NCBI GenBank assembly: GCA_965246715.1
Contig: CBDFFH010000020.1
Coordinates: 160,001 to 224,000 of the forward strand
Length of the DNA: 64,000 bases
From: Chamaesiphon sp.
GTDB taxonomy: Bacteria; Cyanobacteriota; Cyanobacteriia; Cyanobacteriales; Chamaesiphonaceae
Direction of reading: 5' to 3'
Shown one piece after another: positions 22,017 to 31,065 of the stretch. Under the pieces are notes generated by a model, which had not been told where the DNA came from, searched no databases, and saw only the letters and a list, made by a program, of their open reading frames with translations. Numbering within the stretch: position 1 is the first letter of the stretch; each line of letters opens with the position of its first letter. A program made the position numbers and the translations under genes.

Positions 22017-22952
22017 ATGAACTCTCTATTTGCCAAATCTACCAAACGTCACCGTCCTCGTCGCGTCCAAATTCGCGTCCGGGATGGCCGCTTTGAAATT
22101 GTGGGGTTGAACGCATGGCACTCCCATTGGCGCGATCCTTATCATTTGATTCTGACCATCCCGTGGCAAGGTTTTACAGCTTTGGTCGTTGGCACTTATT
22201 TCGGTGCGAATGTGCTGTTTGCCCTGTTGTATCTAGCGGGGGGCGATTGTGTTGCTAACGCGGCTCCAGGTTCGTTTTGGGATCGCTTCTTTTTTAGCGT
22301 GCAAACATTTGGGTCGATCGGCTATGGTACCATGTATCCCAAGACGGCTTATGCCAATTGGACGGTGACAATCGAGTCGCTGTTGAGCTTAGTTGGGATT
22401 GCGATGTTAACTGGATTAGCCTTCGCGCGATTTTCCAACCCGACTGCCCGCGTGGCATTTAGCGACGTTGCCACGATCTCACCGCACGAATCGGTGCCCA
22501 CTTTAAGTTTTCGGATGGCAAATCAGCGCAGCAATCAAATTTTAGAAGCACAACTCAAGGTGTTTTTACTGCGGGATGAGCTGACTGCCGAAGGACAATA
22601 TATTCGCCGGATTCATGACTTGCCGCTGGTTCGCAACCAGTCCCCCAGTTTTGCCTTATCGTGGCTGGCACTGCACCCGATCGATAAATCTAGCCCGTTG
22701 TATGGGATGACACCCGCAACGTTGGTAGACACCAATAGTACGGTCGTGGTCACGCTCAGTGGTGTAGATGAAACCGTTACGCAGATGATGTATGCCCGTC
22801 ATACCTATGCGCCCCAAGACATTCTCTGGAATTATCGCTTTATCGATTTGTTGTCTAGATCTACTAATGGCGATCGATACTTGGACTACAAACATTTCCA
22901 CGATGTCATACCAGTTGAGGTAGCTGCCGAATCTCGATCGGTGACAAATTGA
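22017..22952 (+). CDS. Inward-rectifier K+ channel (KirBac-like)
   Basis: FFFSVQTFGSIGYG filter, FARFS.P.AR and cytoplasmic Kir domain. Confidence 0.9.
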   Translation: MNSLFAKSTKRHRPRRVQIRVRDGRFEIVGLNAWHSHWRDPYHLILTIPWQGFTALVVGTYFGANVLFALLYLAGGDCVANAAPGSFWDRFFFSVQTFGSIGYGTMYPKTAYANWTVTIESLLSLVGIAMLTGLAFARFSNPTARVAFSDVATISPHESVPTLSFRMANQRSNQILEAQLKVFLLRDELTAEGQYIRRIHDLPLVRNQSPSFALSWLALHPIDKSSPLYGMTPATLVDTNSTVVVTLSGVDETVTQMMYARHTYAPQDILWNYRFIDLLSRSTNGDRYLDYKHFHDVIPVEVAAESRSVTN

Positions 22953-23187
22953 ATCGGCTGGTAGTTTAGACATGCAACATCGAGATGTAGATGGCCTGCC
23001 ATCTGAAAATCCCCAGCGCGTACCAGCAATTCGGATGAACTTTTTACAGCGAGATTTAGATGGGCTGATTAGGGGTGGTGGTCGAGTACTTTAACTTAAA
23101 TGGATTCGACAAAATTCATTGTCGCGCTCTTAGTTTGCGCTAGAATAGGTGTTTGAGTAGCAAGTAAAGTCGCTCTCTGCCTTGCCT

Positions 23188-24156
23188 ATGAGTTCCCTGC
23201 GAATTCCCGTATCCAAACCCATTCCAGTACCCAAATCACCTGAAGTCACTCGTTCTTCAGACCTTCTTGCTGACTTCCTCCGACTAAAAATTTCTGCCAA
23301 TACCAGGCGAAACTACAGCAAGGCGATTGCTGATTTTTGTCGTCGTAACTATGACAGCGAAGTATCCACCGACCTTCTCACTCAATTCCTTTCCTTACAT
23401 CAGCCAGAAGCCGTCTATCAAGTCCTCCAGTACCGACAACTGCTGATTGAGGCTAAATTAGCCCCAAGTACAATTAACATCCGGCTATCAGCCCTAAAAT
23501 CTTTCGTAGACTATGCCCTTCAAGCAGAACAGTGTACTTTCAATCTCGCTGATGTTAGCTGCTTGAAAGTAGAAAGTTATAGTGATACGACAGGAATTGC
23601 TGTGGCTGGGTTCAGAGAAATTCTGCAAATTCCAGACCGCAGCACCATCAAAGGGATCAGAGATTATGCCATTCTGAGATTGCTTTGGGACAATGCCTTG
23701 CGCCGCAATGAAATCTGTAGCTTGGATGTGGGTGATTTCGACAAATCTGGGCGGTTATCGATTTTGGGGAAGGGGAAGATCCAAAAAAGCCAGATCGATC
23801 TATCGCCAGCAACGACAATCGCGATCTCACAATGGTTGACTGCCAGAGACAACTATCAAGCGTCCGCTCCTCTATTCACGAGCCTAGATCGCCGCAGCAA
23901 GGGGCATCGACTCGATGGGAGCACTATTTATCGCTTGGTGCGAGAGTTTAGTGCAGCAGCGGGGATCGATAAGATAGTTTCTCCCCATCGGATTCGGCAC
24001 AGTGCCATCACCGCCTACCTCGATGCCAGCAATGGTAATATTCGCGCCGCTCAATCGTTGAGTCGTCATGCCAATCTCAATACACTCAATCGGTACGATG
24101 ATAATCGCCATAAATATCAAGCGATTGCTACTAACATTTTGGCAGATTTAGTTTAG
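23188..24156 (+). CDS. Tyrosine recombinase/integrase 1
   Basis: SAM-like N-terminus; catalytic R (ALRRNE), K (GKGK), H-x-x-R (PHRIRH), H (SRH) and Y (NRYDD). Confidence 0.92.
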   Translation: MSSLRIPVSKPIPVPKSPEVTRSSDLLADFLRLKISANTRRNYSKAIADFCRRNYDSEVSTDLLTQFLSLHQPEAVYQVLQYRQLLIEAKLAPSTINIRLSALKSFVDYALQAEQCTFNLADVSCLKVESYSDTTGIAVAGFREILQIPDRSTIKGIRDYAILRLLWDNALRRNEICSLDVGDFDKSGRLSILGKGKIQKSQIDLSPATTIAISQWLTARDNYQASAPLFTSLDRRSKGHRLDGSTIYRLVREFSAAAGIDKIVSPHRIRHSAITAYLDASNGNIRAAQSLSRHANLNTLNRYDDNRHKYQAIATNILADLV

Positions 24157-24291
24157 ATTTACCACATTCCTGATTGTCATATTAGTTTTCTACCTCTCGA
24201 CATTGAGGTGGATCTATTCGCTTTTCGATCGAAAACCTCAAAAATTTAGAATCAACTCTAAGCATTGTCTGGTATAAACTACAGAAAAAGC

Positions 24292-24321
24292 ATATACCGC
24301 TAATAGCAATTAGCGGTATAT
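24292..24321. other. Inverted repeat, candidate recombinase site or operator
   Basis: ATATACCGCTAAT-AGCA-ATTAGCGGTATAT, perfect 13-bp arms, between the two recombinase genes. Confidence 0.5.
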
Positions 24322-24435
24322 TAAAATAGAGATAGAAATAATCGACGATTTATTAACTATTTATTTCCAGATTCAACTCACCCCCGATGCCTAATTAATT
24401 ATGCCCAACCACTGTATGCCTTTTGTCATAATTCA

Positions 24436-25458
24436 ATGGAGCAACCCACCCGCACTACCACTACTGCTACCACTTTTGTCCTCGATGCCAATGCCTTAAT
24501 TTCAGCATTTACCAGTTTTATCCAATTCGATGTAGCTGCTGGCGGTGCTAGTGGCGAAACCATTCGTACCTATTGGTGCGAAGCGAAACAATACTTGCTC
24601 TGGTGTGAAGTCAATCAACTCCAACCCCTGGCTGTGACACGGGATGCGATTAAAATCTACCGTCACCATTTAGTCCAACAGCAATACAAACCTGCCACCA
24701 TTGCCCTCAAATTAGTCGCTGTGAGTCGGATGTACGATGCGGCGATGGAATATGGTCTCCTTTCGCATAACCCCGTCTGGGGGGTCAAAGCACCCAAACA
24801 ACGGGGCGATCCGGCTGATTCAATTACTTATTTGACTGCTAGTGAGGCGGAGACATTCCTCCAGGCTCCACTGGCTAAATCCACTCCCCTGAAAATCCTC
24901 CGCGACCGCTTCTTATTGGGGTTGATGACGCTCGAAGGAGTCAGGTCGATGGAAGCGCATCGGGCTAATGTGGGGGATATTCGCCGCGACCCGACGGGGG
25001 TGGGGATTACGGTAACTAGCAAGCGACAGCAACGGGTGGTGCCGCTGATTCCTGAATTGGTGGATTTGCTCGATCGTTATTTACTCGCCCGCAGAAGTGC
25101 GAAATTTAGTACTGCGGCTAATACGCCGCTATTTATTAACGTCCATCATCCGCGCCATCAGATCGACCCCGACCGTGAGGATCGTCGCCTGTCGCGGCGA
25201 GGGATTAGATTTATTGTCGATAGCTATCTCGAAGCTCTCGACCTCAAACATGGGCAAGGGAGGACTTTATCAGCCCACTCCTTGCGACATACGGCGGGGA
25301 CTTTAGCGATTCAGAATGGGGCCTCTTTACGGCAAGTCCAGGATTTATTGGGTCATGCCGATCCGAAGACTACGGCGATTTATACTCATGTGGGTGACAG
25401 GTGGGTTAATAATCCGGCTCTCAAGTTGGGAATTAACCTCAATCCTGAGCGATCGTAG
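24436..25458 (+). CDS. Tyrosine recombinase/integrase 2 (XerC/D-like)
   Basis: GVRSME, AHSLRHT and LLGHADPKTTAIY. Confidence 0.92.
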   Translation: MEQPTRTTTTATTFVLDANALISAFTSFIQFDVAAGGASGETIRTYWCEAKQYLLWCEVNQLQPLAVTRDAIKIYRHHLVQQQYKPATIALKLVAVSRMYDAAMEYGLLSHNPVWGVKAPKQRGDPADSITYLTASEAETFLQAPLAKSTPLKILRDRFLLGLMTLEGVRSMEAHRANVGDIRRDPTGVGITVTSKRQQRVVPLIPELVDLLDRYLLARRSAKFSTAANTPLFINVHHPRHQIDPDREDRRLSRRGIRFIVDSYLEALDLKHGQGRTLSAHSLRHTAGTLAIQNGASLRQVQDLLGHADPKTTAIYTHVGDRWVNNPALKLGINLNPERS

Positions 25459-25746
25459 GTCGATGTCACTAAAAGATTAAGAATTGTAGCGCAAAACCAA
25501 CTCACCAAACCTATGAATAGCGGCAAACGGACAGTTTGGGGCGAAATTTTTGTCGAACTAGTACTCGGAATATGCTAAAGTTTTAGGCAACCTGAACTTT
25601 ATTCCAAATCTTGAGAAAACTGCAAGATCTAGGATCGTTCTGGGTACCATAGATATACTGTCTTAAAAAATAATCTTGCCGGAGGTTCTCGATCGAAATA
25701 CAGTTCTCATACTGTGACCCCAATTACTTATCTATATAGGGCAACC

Positions 25747-25840
25747 AAAAAAGCTCGGAACGAGATCCCAAGCTTTTTATCGGTACAATTATACTATTTG
25801 CCTTGAAATGAAACTCGTTTGGCGACCTGTTTCATTTCTA
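25747..25840 (-). ncRNA. Putative antisense copy-control RNA upstream of rep
   Basis: Plus-strand hairpin at 25805-25838 with a TTGGCG loop; minus-strand intrinsic terminator at 25747-25778. Confidence 0.5.
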
Positions 25841-26427
25841 CTTTATCATGCGGTTCGACACTTAGGAAGGGTTTCTTGAAAATTATTAACCGCTCGATTG
25901 TCAAACGTTTACTGTATCCCACTTGTGCCAATTATTAATTTTTTTGAGGCTTGAGGAAACCACCATGTCAGATCGTTTTCGATCGTACTGGATTACTAGT
26001 TGCTGACTGTGCCAACCCGTTCGCAACCAGATCCAGACAATTTGGGATCGAGTCTAACTTCGTGTCATCTATTTCTACCGCTCAGTAGGCTTAATTTCAC
26101 CAAACGACTTGTCATCTCAATGTAAAAATCGAAATTCAATCGATGGGGTTTTAGAGGAGTATTTGTAGACACGAACCGCCCTGTGGGTTTGCGATCGTCC
26201 CCAGACGACGCGAAAGTCCTGGGATCTGTGGATGTTAGTGCTAGAAGTAACCGAGGTTGAAATCATCAAAAATGGCTAGAGATAAAATTCTCTCCTAACT
26301 CGATTTTTTGCATTTCAGATCGCTACTCTATAGCTATCCACATCCTACCACATAGATAAAGTAGAACCGCGACCGCCTTGGCAAATAGTATCGAGTATGC
26401 CCTAGTTATTCACCCTAACTAGCAACT

Positions 26428-28587
26428 ATGATACTTCCCCCCCACCTGCTCCAACTGACTAAACTCTTCCACATCGGCTTTAACTTCATCACCGCCGATA
26501 ATATTCCCGAACCGAACTGGCGGACAAATCGTAAATATCCACTCAATAAAGGCGAATTTCTCAAATTTTACACAGATCCCCTCAGCCTATTGGGAGTTAG
26601 CTTTGGCGATACAACCCGCTATGTTATGTTGGATATCGATATCGATAGTCCCTACCATCCGAGTAACGATCCCCAGGCATATGCCCGACTCTTATTGGTC
26701 TTAGAGCGGATCGAATTAGTATACCCAGTGCCGATCCGTAGTTCCCATAGTGGCGGCATCCACATCTATTACTTCTTCCCCCGTGCCGTTCCCACCTTCC
26801 GCATCGCTGCGTTGATTCGCGTCACGCTAATTAACGCTAAATTCCCGATCAAAAACGGACAGATCGAAATTTTCCCCAATACCAAAGCTTACAGCGAAGA
26901 TAAACAGAAGCCATCTTATTATAAAGCCCACCGCCTCCCGCTTCAAGCCGAAAGTGGAGCCTGTTTATTAGACCAATGGGGTGACGAAATAATTTGTGCT
27001 GCCAACCTCACCGATGAGGGAAAACTGGGCATGTTCCTCGCCCAAGCCGAAAGATCGGCTGCTGCCAACGATCTTAAATGGATTGAGAGTAAATTTGAAT
27101 GGGCTTACGAGCTATTCAAGAAATACATCGCCAAATACCAACATCACTCCAGCGACTACTCCGAAGTTGCCCAAGAATGGAAAGAGAACCTCGAACTCAC
27201 CATCGATATTGGTTGGACAGATTATCATCAAACCAACGAATTACTACCTCTATTCGTCTGCTACGGCATCGTCTTTGAAGGACTAGAAGACAAACAAGAA
27301 TTATTTGACTGGGTACATCAAAAAGCGATCGCTACCAGAGGATATCACGAATACTGCCGCCACCAACACGAGATCGAGCGCAAAATTCGAGACTGGGTAA
27401 ACAGCACCATCGATAATCAGTACTATATCAAATACTGTGGATTCCCCCCCAGATGTGGCATCACCCCCCATCAACTCGTGGCTCGTCTCAACCCTAATAG
27501 CGCAGGAATTAACCTGCACAACCAAAACCTCGTCGAGCGGACTAAGCAACGGTTAAATGACATTCTAGCCGCTTTAGAGGAACTGCCTCAGAAGATCGGC
27601 GAGCGACTGAGCGTAATTCAAGCTAAATGCCGCGAGCTATTTGGTGAAGGCATCAGCCGCAATACATTGTATAAAAATGATTACAAAGAGCTGTGGGCGG
27701 GAAGTAAACAGGGTAAAATTCTAGAAAATCCCATACCCCCTGCCCCTATTACTCAAACTGTCGTTCTAACTGAATCTCAGCCGATTTCAGATGAAATAGA
27801 TCGAGAAATTGAAATCCATCAAATCCAGTCTGTGACTAAATTGTCCCATACCCCCCCACTATATGAAGCTTTTATAACTGAATTTCTGTCCCCCCCAGAT
27901 TTATCCCTCGATCCAGTTCCTGAAATCCCAGTTCCTCTAGACTTACCAAAATTTTCACACTCATCTGACGAGAATCTATCTACCTCACTTTCAGATCTCC
28001 CAAGATCGGGATTAGAATTAGAGTTAATTCAATCAGGTTTAGAACTACAGTCAGAGCCAGTGCAGCAATTCGTAAGTACTACTAGCGAATTACACAATGA
28101 GCCGCTCGAAACCGTTCCAACTACAAAAACTCACCGTTCCGTAGTTGAGGTTGCCCGTGACGTGAGGGCGAGTATTGTGGCGATTGATGACGAGCTACTG
28201 TTGGAATTTTTGCACCATCCCCAGAGTGAAGCGATCGAATTGACGATCGAATTAGCCAATCGACTAGTTGCTGCTCGGACTCCCGATTTAGTTCGGGCGA
28301 TGGTGGCGGATCTTTCTCGTCACCAGAAAATCGATCTGTGGCAGGTATTGGGGGTTGACGAGCGGGCGGCGATTGAGGCTTTGATGGGGTTAAAACCTGC
28401 TGCTCCAGCAAGTCCTGCCGCGATCGAGCGAGAATTCACCAGCGGCACCATTGTCACTACCTTGACTGGGTTGTTAGGTGTGGTTAAGTATGTCTTTAAG
28501 TCTGTTGCCAAGCCGTTTGTCGTCTATCACGAGGAAATTAACAGAACTATTTGCTATGCGCTCGACGATCTGCGCTTGGAGAGTTAA
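26428..28587 (+). CDS. Putative plasmid replication protein with AEP/primase-polymerase-like N-terminal domain
   Basis: hhhDhD (MLDID), SxSGGxHhY (SSHSGGIHIY), EIFPN and HRLPLQ motifs; long structured leader. Confidence 0.6.
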   Translation: MILPPHLLQLTKLFHIGFNFITADNIPEPNWRTNRKYPLNKGEFLKFYTDPLSLLGVSFGDTTRYVMLDIDIDSPYHPSNDPQAYARLLLVLERIELVYPVPIRSSHSGGIHIYYFFPRAVPTFRIAALIRVTLINAKFPIKNGQIEIFPNTKAYSEDKQKPSYYKAHRLPLQAESGACLLDQWGDEIICAANLTDEGKLGMFLAQAERSAAANDLKWIESKFEWAYELFKKYIAKYQHHSSDYSEVAQEWKENLELTIDIGWTDYHQTNELLPLFVCYGIVFEGLEDKQELFDWVHQKAIATRGYHEYCRHQHEIERKIRDWVNSTIDNQYYIKYCGFPPRCGITPHQLVARLNPNSAGINLHNQNLVERTKQRLNDILAALEELPQKIGERLSVIQAKCRELFGEGISRNTLYKNDYKELWAGSKQGKILENPIPPAPITQTVVLTESQPISDEIDREIEIHQIQSVTKLSHTPPLYEAFITEFLSPPDLSLDPVPEIPVPLDLPKFSHSSDENLSTSLSDLPRSGLELELIQSGLELQSEPVQQFVSTTSELHNEPLETVPTTKTHRSVVEVARDVRASIVAIDDELLLEFLHHPQSEAIELTIELANRLVAARTPDLVRAMVADLSRHQKIDLWQVLGVDERAAIEALMGLKPAAPASPAAIEREFTSGTIVTTLTGLLGVVKYVFKSVAKPFVVYHEEINRTICYALDDLRLES

Positions 28588-28698
28588 GATACTAACTTAA
28601 ATTTGAAAATTGCTGATAGTTAAAACTTTACTGTTTGGTATACTTAGAACAGGATCGGTATAAATTCAAGATAATTGAAATGCGATCGGAGGGTCGAG

Positions 28699-29397
28699 AT
28701 GGCAGATCGAGCTAAGAAAGCGAACGTATTAAAGATTATTAAGAATGAGGAAATCCCGATCGTGCCAGAGGTAAAAGCTGTTGCTAATAAGTCTAAGCGA
28801 TCGTCTATTAAAAATAAGGTAAATACCAGTGAAGAAGTGACGATATCAACAGTGAGATTGTTATCGCTACTATCGGAAGAAGAAAAATTAGTAGTTCCAG
28901 CAGAAAAATTAGTTAATGAGTCAAAGAAATCGACTGCTGCAACTAAGGAAAATAACAGCGATCGAGTAGTATTGGTTACAGATGAGAACCAATCCCTAAC
29001 CCAGGAAAAAGTCAAAAAAATACTACCGCCAATCCCGTTGAGAACTCCAGAAGAGTGGCAATCTGCCATTTCTAACTATGACAAAGAGTCGAGAGCTTCT
29101 TTACCACAAAGCATTCCAGCGATGGTCGGAACTGTTGCAGCTAATCTTAGTCAAGAAGGTCGTCCTAAATTATATCCTCGTCAGGCGAGGCGGGTTTCAA
29201 AGCATGTAATTCAAAAACTATTGTCTGACCCTTCGCTAGCTATACCAACTTGGGAAGTGCTGATCGATAACGATCTTTCGATCGGGAAAAAAGCTAAACA
29301 ATTACAAGCACTTGGTTGGGAATTAGAAGTCATTCCTGTCAAAGGCTTCCGAGAAATATGTCTACTAGCTCAAATCCTTACTAATGGTGTTGACTAG
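28699..29397 (+). CDS. Hypothetical protein
   Basis: Open frame of about 232 aa, Lys/Glu-rich N-terminus, no recognised motif. Confidence 0.55.
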   Translation: MADRAKKANVLKIIKNEEIPIVPEVKAVANKSKRSSIKNKVNTSEEVTISTVRLLSLLSEEEKLVVPAEKLVNESKKSTAATKENNSDRVVLVTDENQSLTQEKVKKILPPIPLRTPEEWQSAISNYDKESRASLPQSIPAMVGTVAANLSQEGRPKLYPRQARRVSKHVIQKLLSDPSLAIPTWEVLIDNDLSIGKKAKQLQALGWELEVIPVKGFREICLLAQILTNGVD

Positions 29398-29529
29398 GAA
29401 AACGGTTGAAACGAGCGTAAAGATTAAAGATAATGTTAAAATTGTGGGCGATTTTGGGTATAATGTATGATAAGCAAAGCTAAAAATTGAAATAATCTAG
29501 ATTATTTATTAATACTATAGGTGAAAATC

Positions 29530-29700
29530 ATGCGTAAAGGATTGTTTCTCAAAGTCGAAGAAAACTTTCAGAAAAAGCAAAAAGGCGCAAAAGAAGAGTC
29601 GAGAATTATGGCTTTGCAGTTACAGTCGAAGTTAAATGCAGAGGGAGTAGAATCCGTGATAACTGAGAAAGATGGATTGTATCGAGTCAAGGTGATGTAA
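29530..29700 (+). CDS. Small hypothetical protein (56 aa), not in ORF track
   Basis: AGGTGA RBS, then MRKGLFLKVEENFQKK...DGLYRVKVM*. Confidence 0.5.
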   Translation: MRKGLFLKVEENFQKKQKGAKEESRIMALQLQSKLNAEGVESVITEKDGLYRVKVM

Positions 29701-29950
29701 CCGGAACGAAGGTGACTGTTCGGATATTTTCTTGACTTAAATTACGCCAGATTGCACTGATGTTCTGCGGAATCTGTTGCTAAGATCGGAGTTGATGAAT
29801 AGAGGTGGTAGTTGTGAGTGATATTAACGAGCCAAGAGTTTTTGAAATTGATTTTGGCTGTTTGCTGAAACCAGATGATTTTTTGAGCTATTATGCAAAC
29901 GGAATGCTCGTTCCAACAGATCGAGAAATTTTTTTGAATGAGCTTTCTGA

Positions 29951-30855
29951 GAGGATGTTTGAAAAGTCAGTTGGTAAAAAAGCTCACTCGGTATAGACTA
30001 CAGATAGATAATGAGTAGTGCTAAGTGAGCAGAATGAGTAAAGCATATCCTAGTAACCTGACCACAGACCAATTTGAATTAATTAGTGGGATGATTCCAG
30101 CACCAAAGCCAGGTGGTCGTCCACGAGAGGTGGAGATCGCAGAGGTAATCAACGCAATCTTCTATCTACTGTGTGAAGGATGTCGTTGGCGAGCGTTACC
30201 AGGAGATTTCCCAGCATGGCAGACGGTATATACTTATTTTCGAGACTGGCGCAAGGATGGAACATGGGTCAAAATCCACGATCGGTTGAGAGCATGGGTA
30301 AGAATAGAACAAGAGCGTCAACCCAGCCCATCAGAGGCTGCAATCGATAGCCAAAGTGTCAAAAGTGCCGCAATGGTCAGTGAGGCAGTTGGTTATGATG
30401 CAGGTAAGCAAATCAAGGGCAGAAAGCGGTTTGTGACAGTAGACACACTCGGCTTAGTCTTACGGGTATGGGTGACAGCAGCCAATATCACTGAACGAGA
30501 TGGTGGCATCCAAGTGTTGAAAAAAGTCAAACAAATGGGTCAATCGGTATCTCGACTGCATACAATTTGGGTGGATGGTGGTTTTAGTGGTGAGAATTTT
30601 CTGCACTTGGTAATGGATGTCTGTCATTGGCTGGTGCAGGTCGTGCTGCGACCAAAAGAACATAAAGGATTTGTGCTATTACCTAAGCGTTGGGTTGTCG
30701 AACGTACCTTTGGTTGGTTAATGAACTGTCGGCGATTGACCAGAGATTATGAGAAACTACCTGAAACATCCGAGACATTTATTTATCTGGTGATGATCCG
30801 TATAATGGTGCGGCGTTTAGCATAAAATTTGACCAGAAACTTTTCAAACATCCTC
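29951..30855 (+). mobile_element. IS5-family (IS1031-like) insertion sequence
   Basis: Perfect 17-bp TIRs GAGGATGTTTGAAAAGT (29951-29967 and 30839-30855), flanked by a TGA target duplication. Confidence 0.93.
30025..30825 (+). CDS. IS5 family transposase
   Basis: YPSNLT, GCRWRALP.DFP.WQTVY, IDSQSVK, DGGF and RWVVERTFGW..CRRL.RDYE. Confidence 0.95.
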   Translation: MSRMSKAYPSNLTTDQFELISGMIPAPKPGGRPREVEIAEVINAIFYLLCEGCRWRALPGDFPAWQTVYTYFRDWRKDGTWVKIHDRLRAWVRIEQERQPSPSEAAIDSQSVKSAAMVSEAVGYDAGKQIKGRKRFVTVDTLGLVLRVWVTAANITERDGGIQVLKKVKQMGQSVSRLHTIWVDGGFSGENFLHLVMDVCHWLVQVVLRPKEHKGFVLLPKRWVVERTFGWLMNCRRLTRDYEKLPETSETFIYLVMIRIMVRRLA

Positions 30856-31065
30856 TGAGTATAGAGCTGATATTGCTCTGTTTTTTTTGAGTTTCATCGC
30901 TGGATCGTAATTATCATTTACTGCGAGTGCATCGATCGCATAGTCCCGTCCCTCTTCCTGCTTCAGTTCCTGTTTTTGGGTTATTACAGATAGAAGTTTG
31001 CTTTCTTGACTCGGAGATTTAACTTTTTTTGCTCAAAGGAAGTGATTTTAGCTCTAACTCGATTT

